Positions 24,782-38,667 of a stretch of DNA of 64,000 nt are shown here, in pieces. The stretch lies in NCBI GenBank assembly GCA_964016885.1, contig OZ024740.1, forward strand, positions 163,680,001 through 163,744,000, read 5' to 3'. The position numbers and the translations under genes were made by a program. The notes under the pieces were generated by a model. The model worked only from the letters and a program-made list of their open reading frames with translations. It was not told the origin of the DNA and made no database searches. Source of the stretch: Eledone cirrhosa (Eukaryota). The stretch's first letter is position 1. Each line of letters starts with the position of its first letter.

Positions 24782-25000
24782 GGTTAGTGGATTGGCAGAA
24801 ATTGTTAGGACATCGAACAAAGTACCTCTTGGCATTTAGTTACAATACTTTGTGTGCTGAGTTCAAATCCTGCTGCAGTCAACTTTGCCTTTCAATCTTT
24901 GGTGGGTGGAGGGGATCAATAAAATAAATACTGTGGCTGATTTAATTGACTTTCCTTCACCCAAAATTGCTGGCCTTGTGCCTAAATTAGAAACAATTAT
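24782..25000 (+). mobile_element. Nin-like SINE, diverged
   Basis: A/B boxes and the GCTGGCCTTGTGCCTAAATTAGAAACAATTATT tail. Confidence 0.75.
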
Positions 25001-25019
25001 TGATACTCTTCTTCCTGGT

Positions 25020-25520
25020 TCAGAAAGCTTCAAAGATATGAGACCATTCAGACCATTATTTTGCAACTCTGTGTCTTCTCCCATGTAAGATGCATTTCTC
25101 TCAGCTCACTTTCAACTGTTCTATGTCAGGAAAGGGTCCATCTTAATGCTGACCTCTGATATCTTGTCCTGGTCCATTCTGAATGTGTGCTCTAATCATC
25201 TGAGCCACCAGCATTTTATTTCAGGTACCACACTATTGCAATGAGTTTTGCAGTACAGCTATTCATTTGACACTCCATTGGGCCACAAGATGTGACAGTT
25301 TTTCCTCAGGAACTCATTGTGGAAAGCATTATTCTTCATATCTTCTTTTGTCACCTGCCAGCATTCTAGGCCACACATTAGGACAGATTTGATATTGCTG
25401 ATATAGAGTTGAATCTTAGTCATAAGACTGTATATCCTAGACATCCAAATTAACTACAATTTTGTAAATATTCCATAAGCTTTGGTAAGCTTTGCTTGGA
25501 TGTTCATTTTTTATCTACTG
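25020..25520 (-). pseudogene. RTE-clade LINE 3' remnant
   Basis: KIQLYISNIKSVLMCGLECW...FHNEFLRKNCHILWPNGVSNE. Confidence 0.75.
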
Positions 25521-25820
25521 CATAGTGATTATAGTGTTGGTCTCAATGGTAATGCTATGAGTTTGATCTTTGATTTAGGTGGGGTAATGTGTACTTGAAC
25601 AAACCACTTCATTGCTCCAATATATTCAGTTGAAAATGTGTACCAGTAGCAAACAGGATTGAATTTGCAAAGGACCAAATTTCCATTGAGTCTTGGTCTT
25701 TTAGTTGTTTAAAACCACATGAAACTGGGATAAACTATAGCCAGCTCATCTAAACCATGCTAGCATATTAAACAAACATAAAAACAATGATGATGACTAC
25801 ATTGCCATTATATCATATCT

Positions 25821-26011
25821 GGGGTGGTGGATTGGCAATCTCGGTAGAGGGTCTGACGCCATGCTTTGCAGCAAAGAGTTACGGCCTTTATGGTCTGAGT
25901 TCAAAGCCTGTCGAGGTTAACTTTGCCTTTCATCCTTACGGGGTTGATAAAATAAAGCACCAGTAATACACTGGAATAATTGCTGGCCTTGTGCCAAAAG
26001 TAGAAACAATT
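25821..26011 (+). mobile_element. Nin-like SINE with TSD
   Basis: Consensus match; flanking duplication ATTATATCATATCT. Confidence 0.88.
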
Positions 26012-26334
26012 ATATCATATCTGGGGTACTTCTAAGTATAGATTAGTCTTATACTAAATCAGCATCTGTTGAAATGTGGCCACATGAGGAAAACACAATT
26101 TCTATTTTCTGATAACAGTCCGACATACTGGTGGTAACAGTCTAGTATTTCAATTGTCAAGAGCTAGTCTGAGTTAGTGAGAATACTTCTTCAACAAACT
26201 CACTGCTAACTTTATAAAGAAAATTATATATTTCAAGCCCTAAATTTTAGGACAGCATGCTCTGCAACTAAAATGAAATGGCTTTGAATATAATACAGTC
26301 AGATTATTCAATGAGCTTTCCCATGTCATATGAC

Positions 26335-26746
26335 CTGTATGAAGCTGACTGGGGTTACTTGAAATTAACAACTAAATATTAATTTAATGCCTTTATGGAC
26401 TCGCTTGACCTACTAAAAATAGCTGCCAAATCCCCTCAAATCACATGCTATCATCTTAAAAAAGAATGGCGCGTTTGACAATGTATTCCAAGATATAGAT
26501 CTGAGGTTAATAATAATAGTGATTATAGTGTTGGTCTCAATGGTAATACTATGAGTTTGATCTTTGAACTGTATGAAGCTGACTGGGGTTACTTAAAATT
26601 AACAACTAAATATTAATTTAATGCCTTTATGGACTCGTTTGACCTACTAAAAATAGCTGCCAAATCTCCTAAAATCACATGCTATCATCTTAAAAAAGGA
26701 AGGGCGCGTTTGACAATGTATTCCAAGATATAGATCTGAGGTTAAA
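26335..26746. repeat. Tandem duplication of ~177 bp with a templated spacer
   Basis: 26335-26511 matches 26569-26746. The spacer copies 25522-25572. Confidence 0.85.
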
Positions 26747-27319
26747 CACCATCATCATCATCGTTTATAAATAAATAATTTTAACTTAGGCATGAGATCA
26801 GAAATTTGTCAAATAAAACAACAAATTGATACCTATTTTAACATTTGAGTGTGTAAACCCCTATGAAAGGGCTGCTGCGATTAGGTCTACAGTTTAGCGA
26901 TATAAATTAATGCCTTCTATGGGGGTATATACACGTTTTTTCATTATATATATATATATATTAAAATAACATTAAAGTTTAAGCAAAGAATGATCCAGTT
27001 GAGAAATGTATTTATGTATAAACTCGTACTGAACTGATTCATTGTGTCGATATGTGTAGCATTTTCATACTACATATATGTAAGTGTTTTAACAGCTGTT
27101 CTAGCGATGAGTTTTTTCGTTTTTCTGAGTTCAAAGATTTAGTTTCACAAAGAAATCACGAGTTAGCTCCCTTGATGATTGACGACGTCCTTAGTAACTG
27201 AATGAAATAAACTCACAATACAACTTGATCTCTAAGAGGAAAAATAACGTTGGTATATTTCTTAGGTTAAAAGAAAACACTTTGAAATAGTTCCTTTAAA
27301 ATTCACTACTAGCAAAATA

Positions 27320-27542
27320 ATGATTCCTAAAAATGATACTTTCGAAAATTCCATTAGAACTGTAGAGGACAATATTTATAAAATCCTTCGTAATAATACC
27401 TGGTTTAGTAGCGACCGAGTGGATAACGAACTAGTAGACATCGCTAACGGTCTTCGTCAACTCTGGTTGGACAACAATATTCAAAGTTCCACAAAATATT
27501 CCAGGCGGCAAGATTCTCAACATATATTAACAGCAAGAGGAG
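27320..27542 (+). CDS. Exon 1 of an unrecognised five-exon protein-coding gene (312 aa total)
   Basis: ATG at 27320; donor AG|GTAGGT, phase 1, joining exon 2 as G|AT (Asp). Confidence 0.7.
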
Positions 27543-27621
27543 GTAGGTGTTGAAAATCTATATTGCACAGCAAGAATAAATCAGTTAGTTGGTTCATTAC
27601 TAAACATTCCTCTTATTATTA

Positions 27622-28011
27622 TGGGTTGACAGTATTGGTAGAGCGTCAGACACCATTCTTTGTAGCATAGAGTTGTGGCTCTTTGCGTTCTGAGTTTAAA
27701 TCCCGCGGAGGTTAGATTTGCTTTTCATCCTTACAGGGTCGATAAAATAAAGCAGTGGGTCAATTTAATCGACTTTCCCCCTCCCTCAAATTGATGGCCT
27801 TATGCCTATAGTAGAAATCATTAGTGGATTGGCAGTATCGGTAGAGGGTCGGACGCCATGCTTTGACGCATAGAGTTACGGCCCTTGCTATTCTGAGTTC
27901 AAATCCCGCCGAGGTTAACTTTGATTTCATCCTTACGGGGGTCGATAAAATAAAGTACCAGTAATGCACTGGGTAATTGCTGGCCTTGTGCCAAAAAGTA
28001 GAAACAATTAT
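27622..28011 (+). mobile_element. Two tandem Nin-like SINEs
   Basis: Consensus matches at 27622-27820 and 27823-28011. Confidence 0.85.
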
Positions 28012-28960
28012 TGTTTGTTTTTTGCGATAAATTTGCATAGTCGATAGGTGCGTTGCCGTGTTTAGTTACAGCTATTTCTCGTTAAGGCGCGTGGTTCAGT
28101 AGTTAGAATGTTGGGCTCACGTTCTGAGTTAATATCCTGTCGAGGTCCACTTTACCTTTCATCCTCTCGTGGTCGATAAAGAAAGTACCAGCCCCGTGTT
28201 GGTGCAGCACCTTTTCCTTTCAACTGTCACATTCTGGATCACAGGAGGGCAAGTCGAGAGAGTGTCTGTCTCTGCTTGCAACTTTCATAGGAATCTAAAT
28301 CTTTTAGCGAGTGACAGCTGTAGCTTTTAGTACCACATTCCTTGCAATAATGTCTATTAATTTCCGATACTTTTCAGCAGTTAAACTTCATGTTACAAAC
28401 TTTGGGTGTGGGAGAGCGTCTTATAGACACAACAGGAAGTTGAGTCAGTTATTACAATTGTCTCAGCCAACCACCATAGTCCCTCAACTTATAAGAAACA
28501 ACAACCAAATCCAGGGCCGGATTTAATGGGAGACAGGCAAAGGGGGAAATTGCACTGAGCTCCCTGCAGTGTGTGGGGGAGGGGGTACGAGCGACGGCCG
28601 TAGCAATTTATTTTTGCCCTCTCAGCTGGGCTTTTTAGTTTTAGGATGGTTAGAATATTGAATTTAATACCTGTATAACTTTGATATTCAAAGTTGGGGT
28701 TGCTGTATATCCTATTTTTTTTGTGTGTATGAGGGGCCCCTCAAACCTGAAGTGCCCTAAATCATCTTTTAAAAGGAATGATACATTGGACAATGTAGTA
28801 CCTGCTGTACAACAATACAAGATGGCCAGAGCTGGAACACCTTTAATCATTGATTTTCTTGGTCAGATCTAAACAACAATAACAACCATTAATAATAATA
28901 CCAAAAAATGTGGTTAGTTTCAGCAGTCTTCTTAGATTTCTTTGAATCCTTCCCCTAAAG

Positions 28961-29126
28961 CAGTGACTCCCAAAGTGGGTTCCACAAAGGAGGGCTTGCG
29001 GTTCCATGAAAAAGGTAGAGGAGAATATTTATATTACAACCATATAACAGTATTAGACTTTTGGGTTCCCCCAAAAGTTTCTGAACTAAAAAAAGTTCCA
29101 CGTTTGTAAACGTTTAGGAAACCCTG
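28961..29126. mobile_element. hAT (Charlie-like) MITE
   Basis: CAGTGACTCCCAAA...TTTAGGAAACCCTG, with 8-bp TSD CCCTAAAG/CCATAAAG. Confidence 0.75.
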
Positions 29127-29806
29127 CCATAAAGTATTCCATTCTGCTGGATTTGTTGATGCTATTCTACTGCAAAGCAACATTCATCTTTCTAATTGTT
29201 GACATAGGGTATCCTTGGCATAAGTGATCTGAGAGGATATATTACAAATGTGCAATTTCATATTTGCTTAGATGGCATTTTTCTTATAATAATTTTCCTA
29301 TAATAATCCTCTTATTTTAGTTTTAGATAGATACTTATATATAAGCTTTTTATAACAAAATATTGCAGAGAGATGTTGTTTTGGTTTTTTTTTAAGTCCA
29401 TTGCATGTCACTGCTGAAATGTATCATAAGTTCGCTATGACTGGCTTAACAATTTTTGATACCAAACTACTTGAAACCACCACCCATTTCTATTATAAAA
29501 AGCTGTTTATTTTATGGTGTATATATATATATATATAAAAGCCTGTCATAATGTTATATAAGAATTTTTGTTAAGTAATGCAGCAACCTCTAGATAAATA
29601 ATGAAAACGTTAGTTATAATACTAAATCCCTTCAAATATTCTTGATTGTTTTCAAAATTATTTTTAAAAATTAGAGGCTGTGTATTTTATGAGGAGTATG
29701 ATCATGAAAGAAATAGGGTATATCGATGTAGTCATTTGTTACCACAATTCTAAAACTACAAAGTGAAATAGGCATTTATTTATATTGTGTCCTGCTTTTA
29801 TTCTAG

Positions 29807-29952
29807 ATCTCGTGCAAGTTTTAACTGAAATAAGAAACTTTCTAAACCAGTATATGAATAAGTTTAATATAAACGAGTACAAGGAACTGAATTATAACCA
29901 AAAGAATAGCATAGAACAATGGGCACGTGTATCTTTCGACAATATTATGAAG
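29807..29952 (+). CDS. Exon 2 of the unrecognised gene
   Basis: Acceptor TTTTATTCTAG|, donor AAG|GTGAGG. 146 nt, open frame, phase 1 to 0. Confidence 0.75.
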
Positions 29953-31179
29953 GTGAGGGAATATATCTTTATTGATAGATATTATTTACCTACTACATTT
30001 AGTTATATGGACATAGTATCGCCAAATGATTAAGAAGTTTGCTTCATAATCATGAAGTGACAGGTTTGATCCCACTGCATGGTATTTTGAGTGTGTGTTT
30101 TTCCCATAGACTTAAGTCTTGTAAGGGAAATTGGGTAGACAGAAACTGTTTGGAAGCCTGTCGGATAAACTGCATTTATAATTCAAAGGGTCAGTCTTGT
30201 CACACATTGTGTCATGCTGAATCTCTGAGAATTATGTTAAGGGCACACATTTCTATGGACTATTAGGCCACTTAAATGTTAATTTGACAAGTAGGTCTTT
30301 ACATTGATCAAACAACTGAAATACTCATCATTAAAACTGATGAATGTCCGTACACTTTACATTTAGTTCTCATCCTCAATTTACATCATTTTATCATGGC
30401 ACCAGCACTAGAGAGATTGTCATATCCTTAATATGACTAAATAGCTCTCTTGACACTTTGGGCAAGGTTTCTACACTTGGATGCTTTTCCTAATACCAAC
30501 TACTTTTTAGAGTGTACTGGGTCCATTTTATTGTTGCACCAACCCTAGGGAGTACATCTTCGTTTAAAGAAGGCATGACCAAGAGTAAATAAGAGAGGAA
30601 ATGGTGACTAAGAAGGACTTTAGAAGTGATTAAGAATAGTGATGGATGGGGTATAATGATTAAGGTAACACAAATGTATGATTATATAAGGTACACAGAA
30701 CAATAGAGCTACATGGTGATTGTTGGTAAGAGGTTGAATAGATAACAAAGGAGGTGAATGAGAGATAAGCAGCAACATGGATGGTGGAGCTCTTTAAGGA
30801 AGGTTGGTTGATGGTCAGTAATAGGTGATATAGCAGAGAAGGGAGAAATCTGTAGTTGACAGTGGAGAAGGAGGATGGTTAAGGTAAGAGATAATAAAAA
30901 GAAACATGGGTGGCAGAATGGTGATACAGTGACAAAAATAATAGAAATGGGGATGGTAGTGTGATGGGTTGTGCTGAGTATAGACAGGTCAGGTGCCATG
31001 CTTCATTACATAGTAACAATGCATGCAAAACCAATAGATGGTGAGTGGAGTGTAATGGGTGGAGAAGAGGACTTAATAGGAGTATATTGGGAGCCTTGCT
31101 TATACTGTTGGGTGTGTCTTCTCCAGCACCACATGCTGCCAACCATCACAGTCCTTTGTCATCTCTATCATGAAGTTCA

Positions 31180-31430
31180 GGTTCTTAAAGTTCACCCTCA
31201 CCACTTCTTCCATGCCTTCCTAGATCTTCCTCTTCCACAAGTTCCATCAACATCAAGGGCTCAGCACGTAATTATACAAATAGTATCCTCTATACACATT
31301 ACATGCCTCATACCAGCTCAGCCACTCTCCAGTGCACTACATCTCATTCCTCTCACCCAGTCTTTCTCTCAACCCATTTGTACTCTACCATTCATATATA
31401 TGTTGACATTATAAAACCAGCAAAGCATCT
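31180..31430 (-). pseudogene. RTE LINE 3' remnant
   Basis: Minus strand encodes GTCGRGRSRKAWKK, as in the other RTE tails in the window. Confidence 0.55.
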
Positions 31431-31646
31431 TTTCAGCCATCTCAGATCTTCTGTTATATTGTATTTCCAAAGATCTGAATGATTGTAATAGTGGAAATAC
31501 TTATTTGGTACCCAGAACCTGAGAACATCTTAGCCCCAGTTCAGCCTTGATGAAGCAAACACATGAGCAAATGCATTCCAGCTGTGTTCGTTCTGCTTTA
31601 TTCTCAGGCACACTACAACCAAGATTGTTCAAAGCATCCTTTTTAA

Positions 31647-31873
31647 CCCTTTTGATACCAACCCAGCCAAAACCGACTCTGGTTCTGGTGAAACAAAATC
31701 CCCGATTTTAAAAGGTTCCTTTTTAAATTTAAACCTTCCAACATAATTTTATTTAAACATTTTTTAAGTTATGTTCCAACTACTATGTTAATAATAAAAT
31801 TTTAGTAAATCATTCTAAATTCTTCATTAATTAATTGAAATACAGTATATTAGAAATATGGTAATTAAAAAGG
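31647..31873. mobile_element. piggyBac-type MITE (second family)
   Basis: TTAA|CCCTTTTGATACC...GGTAATTAAAAAGG|TTAA. Confidence 0.65.
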
Positions 31874-32777
31874 TTAAGGACATGATTTGAAGGTGATTTG
31901 TCTGCTACAGTAAATACAAAAACAAATTCAATCATCCAAAAGGTTTTATAGATGAAGAAACCCTCTGACCATAACTTTTAATAATGTTCATTCTTTCTCC
32001 AATTCTCTAAGAATGTAAAACTGGCATCATTAACTTTTCTCTTTTTTTTCATTATTATTTTCCTATTTTATCACTCGAGATATTGCTGAAGAAATGACAT
32101 TGTGTTCTTAAGCTGAGTACACAATTTTGTTTACCTCAGTCCTGCTTGTATCATCATCACCATTTAACATCCATTTTTCCATGCTAGCATGGGTTAGACA
32201 GATTGTCCCATTTGAGGCACGTTGAGTCAGGTGACTGTGTCTTGCTCACACAGAACTGTTTCTGGGTTGGTTTCAACGGCTGGATGCCCTTCCTAATGCC
32301 AACCACATTTACAGTGTGTGCTGGGTGCTTTTATAAATAAATTTTTGTTGTTGTTTATCCTCTGGTAAACTCTGATTGAGCAAGCCTGTGATTAAAGTTG
32401 TTCTAGCTATGACTATCCTATCTTTTTAAGGGTATATGTCCTCCTTTTATGTAAGACAGTAGGATATGGTTTGAGAGAGATTTTAGCTGCTGTTTCTATC
32501 ATGTCAAACAATCACATAAAGGCTCATATAAGATGATCTTTTAACCTTAAAAATGTCCCCTAAAGTAGGGAGTTATGTTATACTCTAGGTATATAATTTG
32601 AACCCTAAATACTGTGCTATATAATAAGTTGTATGGTTGAATGGTATACAATAAGAAATTGTTTAGCTATATATCAATTGCTCCAACAATTCATATGAAA
32701 TATCCAGATTAACTATCCCCATTTTCACCCATAACTATATAGGTATTGTATTTAAACGATAAATGATGAATATTTAT

Positions 32778-33090
32778 GCACACTGTAAAGTGGGCATGTA
32801 AAAGACACGGCAAAGAGCACCCTGCCCACACTGTAAAGTGGATGTGTAAAAGACACTGCAAAAAGTACCCTGCCCACACTATAAAGTGGACGTGTAAAAG
32901 ACAACAAAAAGCACCTAGCCCACACTATCAATATGGTTGGCATTAGGAAAGGCATCCAGCCATAGAAAACCAGCCAGAGACACCCCTAAATGAGTGAGAC
33001 ACAGTCACCCAACACAACTTGCCTTTAAATGGGACCCGTCTAACCCATGCTAGCATGGAAGATGGACGTTAATTGATGATGATGATGATG
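32778..33090 (+). mobile_element. SINE-like repeat with GGTTGGCATTAGGAAAGGCATCCAGCC core and (GAT)n tail, preceded by ~47-bp tandem units; relatives at 17320-17550 (-), 32154-32330 (-), 40560-40865, 44400-44735, 45120-45395 and 56218-56330 (-)
   Basis: Recurrent core plus AACCCATGCTAGCATGGAA...GATGATGAT 3' end. Resemblance to the MetaSINE domain is an inference. Confidence 0.7.
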
Positions 33091-33370
33091 AATGCAATAT
33101 ATATTATAAGATCTAAGATAAATGCATTACAGAATAGAAGATCTAAAATAAGTGATAAATATTTATACTCAACACAGCATATAACATCTAAGATATATTT
33201 AATGTCAATATAACTACACATTTAAATCACAAGCATACTTTTTTGTCTTTATTCATATCAAGGTTTGTTGGCTTTTCATCAGAAGACAAGTAATCTTCCA
33301 CTTCCACTTAGAACATTGTAGTTAAGAGTATTGTAATTAATTATAAAGCCTGATGGTATTTTAATTGCAG

Positions 33371-33560
33371 AAGTTGGGACCACACGTTATTGCTGCCACT
33401 ACCCGCATCAACTGTTTTAGTGATGACGTAGGTGTTACCAATCGATACCTCGTGTATCGCAACAAAGTGACAAAACCGTCGAAGACACCATATGTCTATG
33501 AACCTCAGTGGATGAGAGACAGACCAAAACAACTAAAAGAAACAAATGCTATTTTACTTG
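33371..33560 (+). CDS. Exon 3 of the unrecognised gene
   Basis: Acceptor TTTTAATTGCAG|, donor TG|GTGAGT. 190 nt, phase 0 to 1. Confidence 0.8.
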
Positions 33561-34149
33561 GTGAGTTCACAACTTATCAATCCTTCAGGTTTTTCTACCT
33601 TGTCTTTCATTTTATTTTTCAGGGTCTTTATTTCTACCCTGAGTCATTTTAAAATATTTTAATATTGTTATAAATAGTTGTTTTACTCATTGCATTTTTT
33701 ATTATAACCTATTAAAACTACATGCAAGCTTCAAAAACCTACTATAAATTGAAGTCAAACCTCAAAATCACACCCTTAATATTAAAAAAAAACGCATTAT
33801 AACACTATATCTGAATAAAAACACTATATCTGAATAAAAATATGGAATGTCTTTTTTCAAAGGTTGGCTCAGTCTAAACAATATTAACAACCATATCCTC
33901 CAGTTACCTCCCTTTGGGTATCTTTTTACAAGACATCATCTTGTCAGCTACATACTAGAAAGGATTGCCACATTTGCCTGGGCAAAAAGTTTTACATATA
34001 TTATAGTTATTTATATACATGATATATGTGAAAGAATGGGAGAAAACGTCTATAGAGTTTAAAGCTTTGACAATGGATAGATTGAAGTAGAATAGAAGGC
34101 AGGTTTCCTAAATGGATGGATAACTGGCCATTGAATTATTTCTGAATAT

Positions 34150-35700
34150 ACTACTATTACTAAATTTATCCACTTCTTTGTGGTGACATGATAAACCTTT
34201 CCATCTCACACGATCAAACACTAACTGTCTCAGTTCTTCACCAGAAAGTTCTATATCTTCCTCAATGACTCTCTTTAATGTTTTGAGAGGTCTGCATTTT
34301 CATTTCATATTAGTGGACACCCACAGTAAAAGTTTTGTAGCAGGTTTGTTGCCTCTCATGACATGACCTGCAATTTGAAGATGCCTGGCTTGGGTGGAAT
34401 GGCTAATGAGCAGGAGGTTGCCATAGAGAATTTTGTTTGTAACACGGTCAAGATGTTTGATGTTTTTTTTATCCTTCATAGCATCTGTGATATGATAGGT
34501 ATTGTCACCAACCATGATTCACAGGAGTATAATAAGATTGATTTCACTGTAGCTTTGAATAATCTAACTTTTGTTTTTGTGATTATGTTAGATTTCCATA
34601 TATTATCTAATGAGGTTTTAGCAGACCATGCTAGTGGTATCCTGTTTTTGATATCATTTGACAAGTTGGTGTATGCACCAAGGTATTTGAATCTACACAT
34701 AAGACAATGTCATCAACAAATTCCATATTTCAATGTGTTGTGACAGATGTGTCATGCTTCTACACTTTTGAAGGGTAAAGCCATCAAAAGCAACAAATAG
34801 TGCATAACCAAGTACGATGATAAATAAATATGGTGAGAGGGGTCACCTCCAAGCATGCCTGTGACTTCTTGAACGAAGTCAGTTTCTCCTTCTGCTGTCA
34901 GTACCATAGCGAGACTGTTTTTGTATATGATCCTGATTCCGTTAACATGTTTGAGAATAATACTGTTGGCAAGTAGAACCTCAAACATACGTTTTTGAAG
35001 TCTATAAAAGTCAATATGGCTTCATTTTAATGATTTTTTTACTTCTTCGGTTAGACATTAGAGAGCCATAATCTGTGATGATGTAGATCTAGATGATCTA
35101 AATCTATTTTGGCTTGGGCGTAGAATTTTTTTATATTTCTGGTTGAAGCCAAGATAAGGCGATTATAAATTTTGACAGCCACCTGTGTCAGACTTATTCC
35201 ACAATAATTGTCTGGTTTCCTAAGATTACCTTTCTTGGGAATAGGTACTATCAAGGAAATACCTCATTTTCTGGTTGATTTCCATTAATTGTCTCATTGC
35301 AGAAGTGCAGTAAAATAGTTTGGAGTTTTTTGAGTTTCTAGAATTTTAGCAGATGCCCATCTAGGCCTGGCAGTTGATTGTTTTTCATCTGATTGATGGC
35401 GCTTTTAAGTTTATACAGAGAGAAATCTTCACCAGAAGTATTGGTATTGACATTGTACAAATGTTCGATCATGAATTTGTCATTTATGGTGCTGTTATTA
35501 TTCAGCAGTGCTTCTAAATGATTTTTCCAAGTATTGAGATGTTTCTCACCCTCAATAAATGTGACTCTTGAGTTCTTTTTGCCTGATAATTTTTTTATCA
35601 ATTTCCATGGATTCTCTTGGTTGTCAGTAGACTTGGAATTGTCAAAGGGGTTGAAGAGAATATTGATTCTTTTATCTTCTTCCTCACAATTCATTGATAC
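34150..35700 (-). pseudogene. Degraded RTE-like LINE reverse transcriptase
   Basis: PGLDG, IVPIPKKGNL..PDNYCGISL, FKYLGAY and KVRLFKATVKSILLYSCESW. Confidence 0.85.
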
Positions 35701-35894
35701 AGGGTGTAGAGGACTTCAGTCGAGTTAGAGAACCTCTAGTGCTGATGCCATAAGTAATGCACCCAGTCCATGCTGTAAAGTGGTTGGTGATAGGAAGGAC
35801 ATCCAGCCAGAAAAAAACCTGCCAAAATTATGGAAAGCTCAACAAATAAGACAAACACGTTTTGCATATACAGGGCTAACACTAACCATATGTG

Positions 35895-38035
35895 AGAACC
35901 CTTCGACCATCATCAAACAATTATACAACCTTTTTCCCTTGCAAGTACATAGAACCTTTATGCAAGGAAGTAACAAGGGTGACCTGGTGGCAGAACAGCA
36001 CAGTGAATAGAGCTGTTAAAGCCATGAGACAGGCGTGGAAAGACTGGATAAATGGAGGTAGCAGAGACCAGTACCAGATAGCTAAGAGAGAAGCTAGATG
36101 ACAGGTATACACAGCTCAGAGAGAGGCTGAAAAAAAAAAGTTTGCCAATGTCGAGACATGAGAATCAGAAACATGAAGTGTTCCATATTGCAAGGCAGTG
36201 TGTCAGTGTAAATCGGGATGTTGTTAGGGAAAAGTGTGTTAGAAATGACACTGGTGCAAAAGAAAGAGGCCTGGTACTATGAGAGACTGATGAATGTAGA
36301 GAATGAATGGAAGAAGAAGAGACTACCCCCAGCTTACTTAACAGAAGGACCAGCTTTTGAAGTTGACAGTTATAGGGTCAAAGAAGCAATCAAGCAGATG
36401 AAAAGTAATAAAGCTGTGGGATCAACAGGAGATAGTTGCTGAGATGCTAAAAGCACCAGAAGTAGGAATTAAACTAGTAACTCGCATTGTAGATCAGGTA
36501 ATACAGGACAGAGTCATACCCACTGACTAGCACAGTAGTACAACCATAAATTGGCATAAGGGCACTGATGCTCTAGAAAAGAGCAACTGTAGAGGAATCT
36601 TAACTATAATAAAGAGAGGAGCGTGGGACTGCGTCCAGAATATATTTTTTTATCCCGTTTGTAAAATAAGTTGGATTACTTTGAATAAATAATTGTTTCT
36701 ACGTTAGGCACAAGGCCAGAAATTACCCAGTGCATTACTGGTACTTTATTTTATCAACCCCGTAAGGATGAAAGGCAAAGTCAACCTCGGCGGGATTTGA
36801 ATAAATAATGAATGAATATTACATAATTCATGTACTAAATTTTGTAACTGTTGATTAAATATAAATTTGATTGCTTATTTTAAGATTCACTTCTTTAAAA
36901 TTTTCAAATGTCAACACTTCCGGTTAGAGCCTGTTATATTATAACACTTATTTATATCGCTTATATAAACATATATTTCCGTTGCTAATTTTCTCCTAAT
37001 GTAGTTTATATATAATATCATCTAAGGGTCGGTTTTCTGCTAGTAAAACTAATGGACCAAGTTATGAAAGTGAGAGGAAAGAGTTATAGCACAGCTAATT
37101 AGAGAAGGAGTCAAATTAGATGAGATGCAGTTTGGTTTCATGTCTGGGAAAAGTACTACAGATGCCTTCTTTTTAGTGAGGCAACTAAAAGAGAAGTTTC
37201 TATCCAAGAATAAGCCACTATATTTAGCTTTTGTTGATCTAGAAAAGGCCTTTGACAGAGTACCCCAATCGATTGTTTGGTGGTCCCTAAGGATATTAGG
37301 TGTAAAAGAATGGCTTATAAGAGCAGGAAGTGAGTTTAGTGAGGAATTTAAGGTACAGGTTCATCAGGGTTCGGTTCTTAGCCCACTGCTATTTATCATT
37401 GTTCTCCAGGCCATAAAAGAGAAGTTTAAGTATGCTTGTCGATGAGAACTTCTCTATGCAGATGATCTGGTCATTATAGCTGAATCCATAAAAGAACTAG
37501 AGAATAAGTTATGGCTATGGAAACAGAATTTGGAATCAAAAATGAGAGTAAAACTAAAGTGTTAGTAAGTAGGAAAGAAAATATGTCCTTGATTCCCTCA
37601 TGGAAGTGGCCCTGCTAAATTTGTAGAAAAGGAGTCGGCTTAAACTCTATAGGATGTGCACAATGTAAATCTTAGGTACACAAGGATCGTAGTGGGATAA
37701 TAGGAAGGGAAGACTTTGTATGTAGAAGGTAATCAAGGGGAAGAGCATCAGTGATATAAACTTTTTCCAATCACAGGAAGGATCCATAGAAGGGATTGAT
37801 TGCTTCTGCTATGTAGATGACTTAATTAGCAGCAGATGAAGGTGCTCTGAGAGCATAATCGCTAGAATAAAGATAGGATGGAAAAGGTTTAGAGTGCTAC
37901 TCCCACTGTTGACAACAAAAGGTTTCTCCCTATGTAGAAAATGACACCTGTGTTTGAAGTGCAATGCTGTATGGTAGTAAAACATGGGCTGTGATTGTAG
38001 AGGACATGCATAGACAAGAGAGAAATGAAGCAATC
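35895..38035 (+). pseudogene. Degraded RTE-clade LINE interrupted by a Helitron
   Basis: QFGFMSGKSTTDA, AFVDLEKAFDRVP, HQGSVLSPLLF and LLYADDL. Confidence 0.88.
36598..37043 (+). mobile_element. Non-autonomous Helitron containing a SINE fragment (~36690-36800)
   Basis: Starts TC and ends CTAG, inserted between A and T with no TSD. Removing it restores the LINE frame AGA GGA A|TA AAA CTA ATG (RGIKLM). Confidence 0.85.
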
Positions 38036-38550
38036 ATTAATTTGAATTAGTAACTTTCACATGTTTTTTTGACAACAGAAAATATTATAATAATTATTAT
38101 AGTTTAGATAATAATAGAGCGTATATATTCTAAAACATCTATACACAATAAAATGAGGAAACATCTATGAAGTTTCTCTACTGGTAAGAAATATAAGCCT
38201 CTGCCCTTAAGGGACAGGAGGCTTTATCTTCCATTTACTTAAAGCCATGAAAACTGCACTGGACTTAAGAAACTTTTACATTTACTCTAAGTAGAGAGAA
38301 AAATATTTAAACTGCTAAATGTTGTGAATATTGGTACAACCTGCATCACGTCTGATTCTCAGAGACAGATGATACATAATATGTTATGAAAGATCCAACT
38401 CTAATTCAATTCACTCAACAATCCCATCTCCAAAAACAGACACATTTTTGCCTTATCTATAGCCCAGATATTGACTCCACACACAAACCTATGTATGTTC
38501 ATTCAGCCTAAGGAATATCTTTAAATTTTATTTGTTATGTTTTATTTCAG

Positions 38551-38667
38551 ATCATCATTCAAAAGGATTGCAGAGACATCTTTTACCATCCACTCAACAA
38601 TATACTCCCCATTATGTGTCTCTAGAAGACTCCCCACAAGGTTATAACAGTGATCTTTTAGCTAAAG
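38551..38667 (+). CDS. Exon 4 of the unrecognised gene
   Basis: Acceptor TTTTATTTCAG|, donor AAG|GTAAGA. 117 nt, phase 1 to 1. Confidence 0.78.

Noticed and set aside
32778-32930. Regularly spaced repeats resembling a CRISPR array
   Set aside because: The spacers are similar to each other, the context is a eukaryotic SINE-associated minisatellite, and there are no cas genes.
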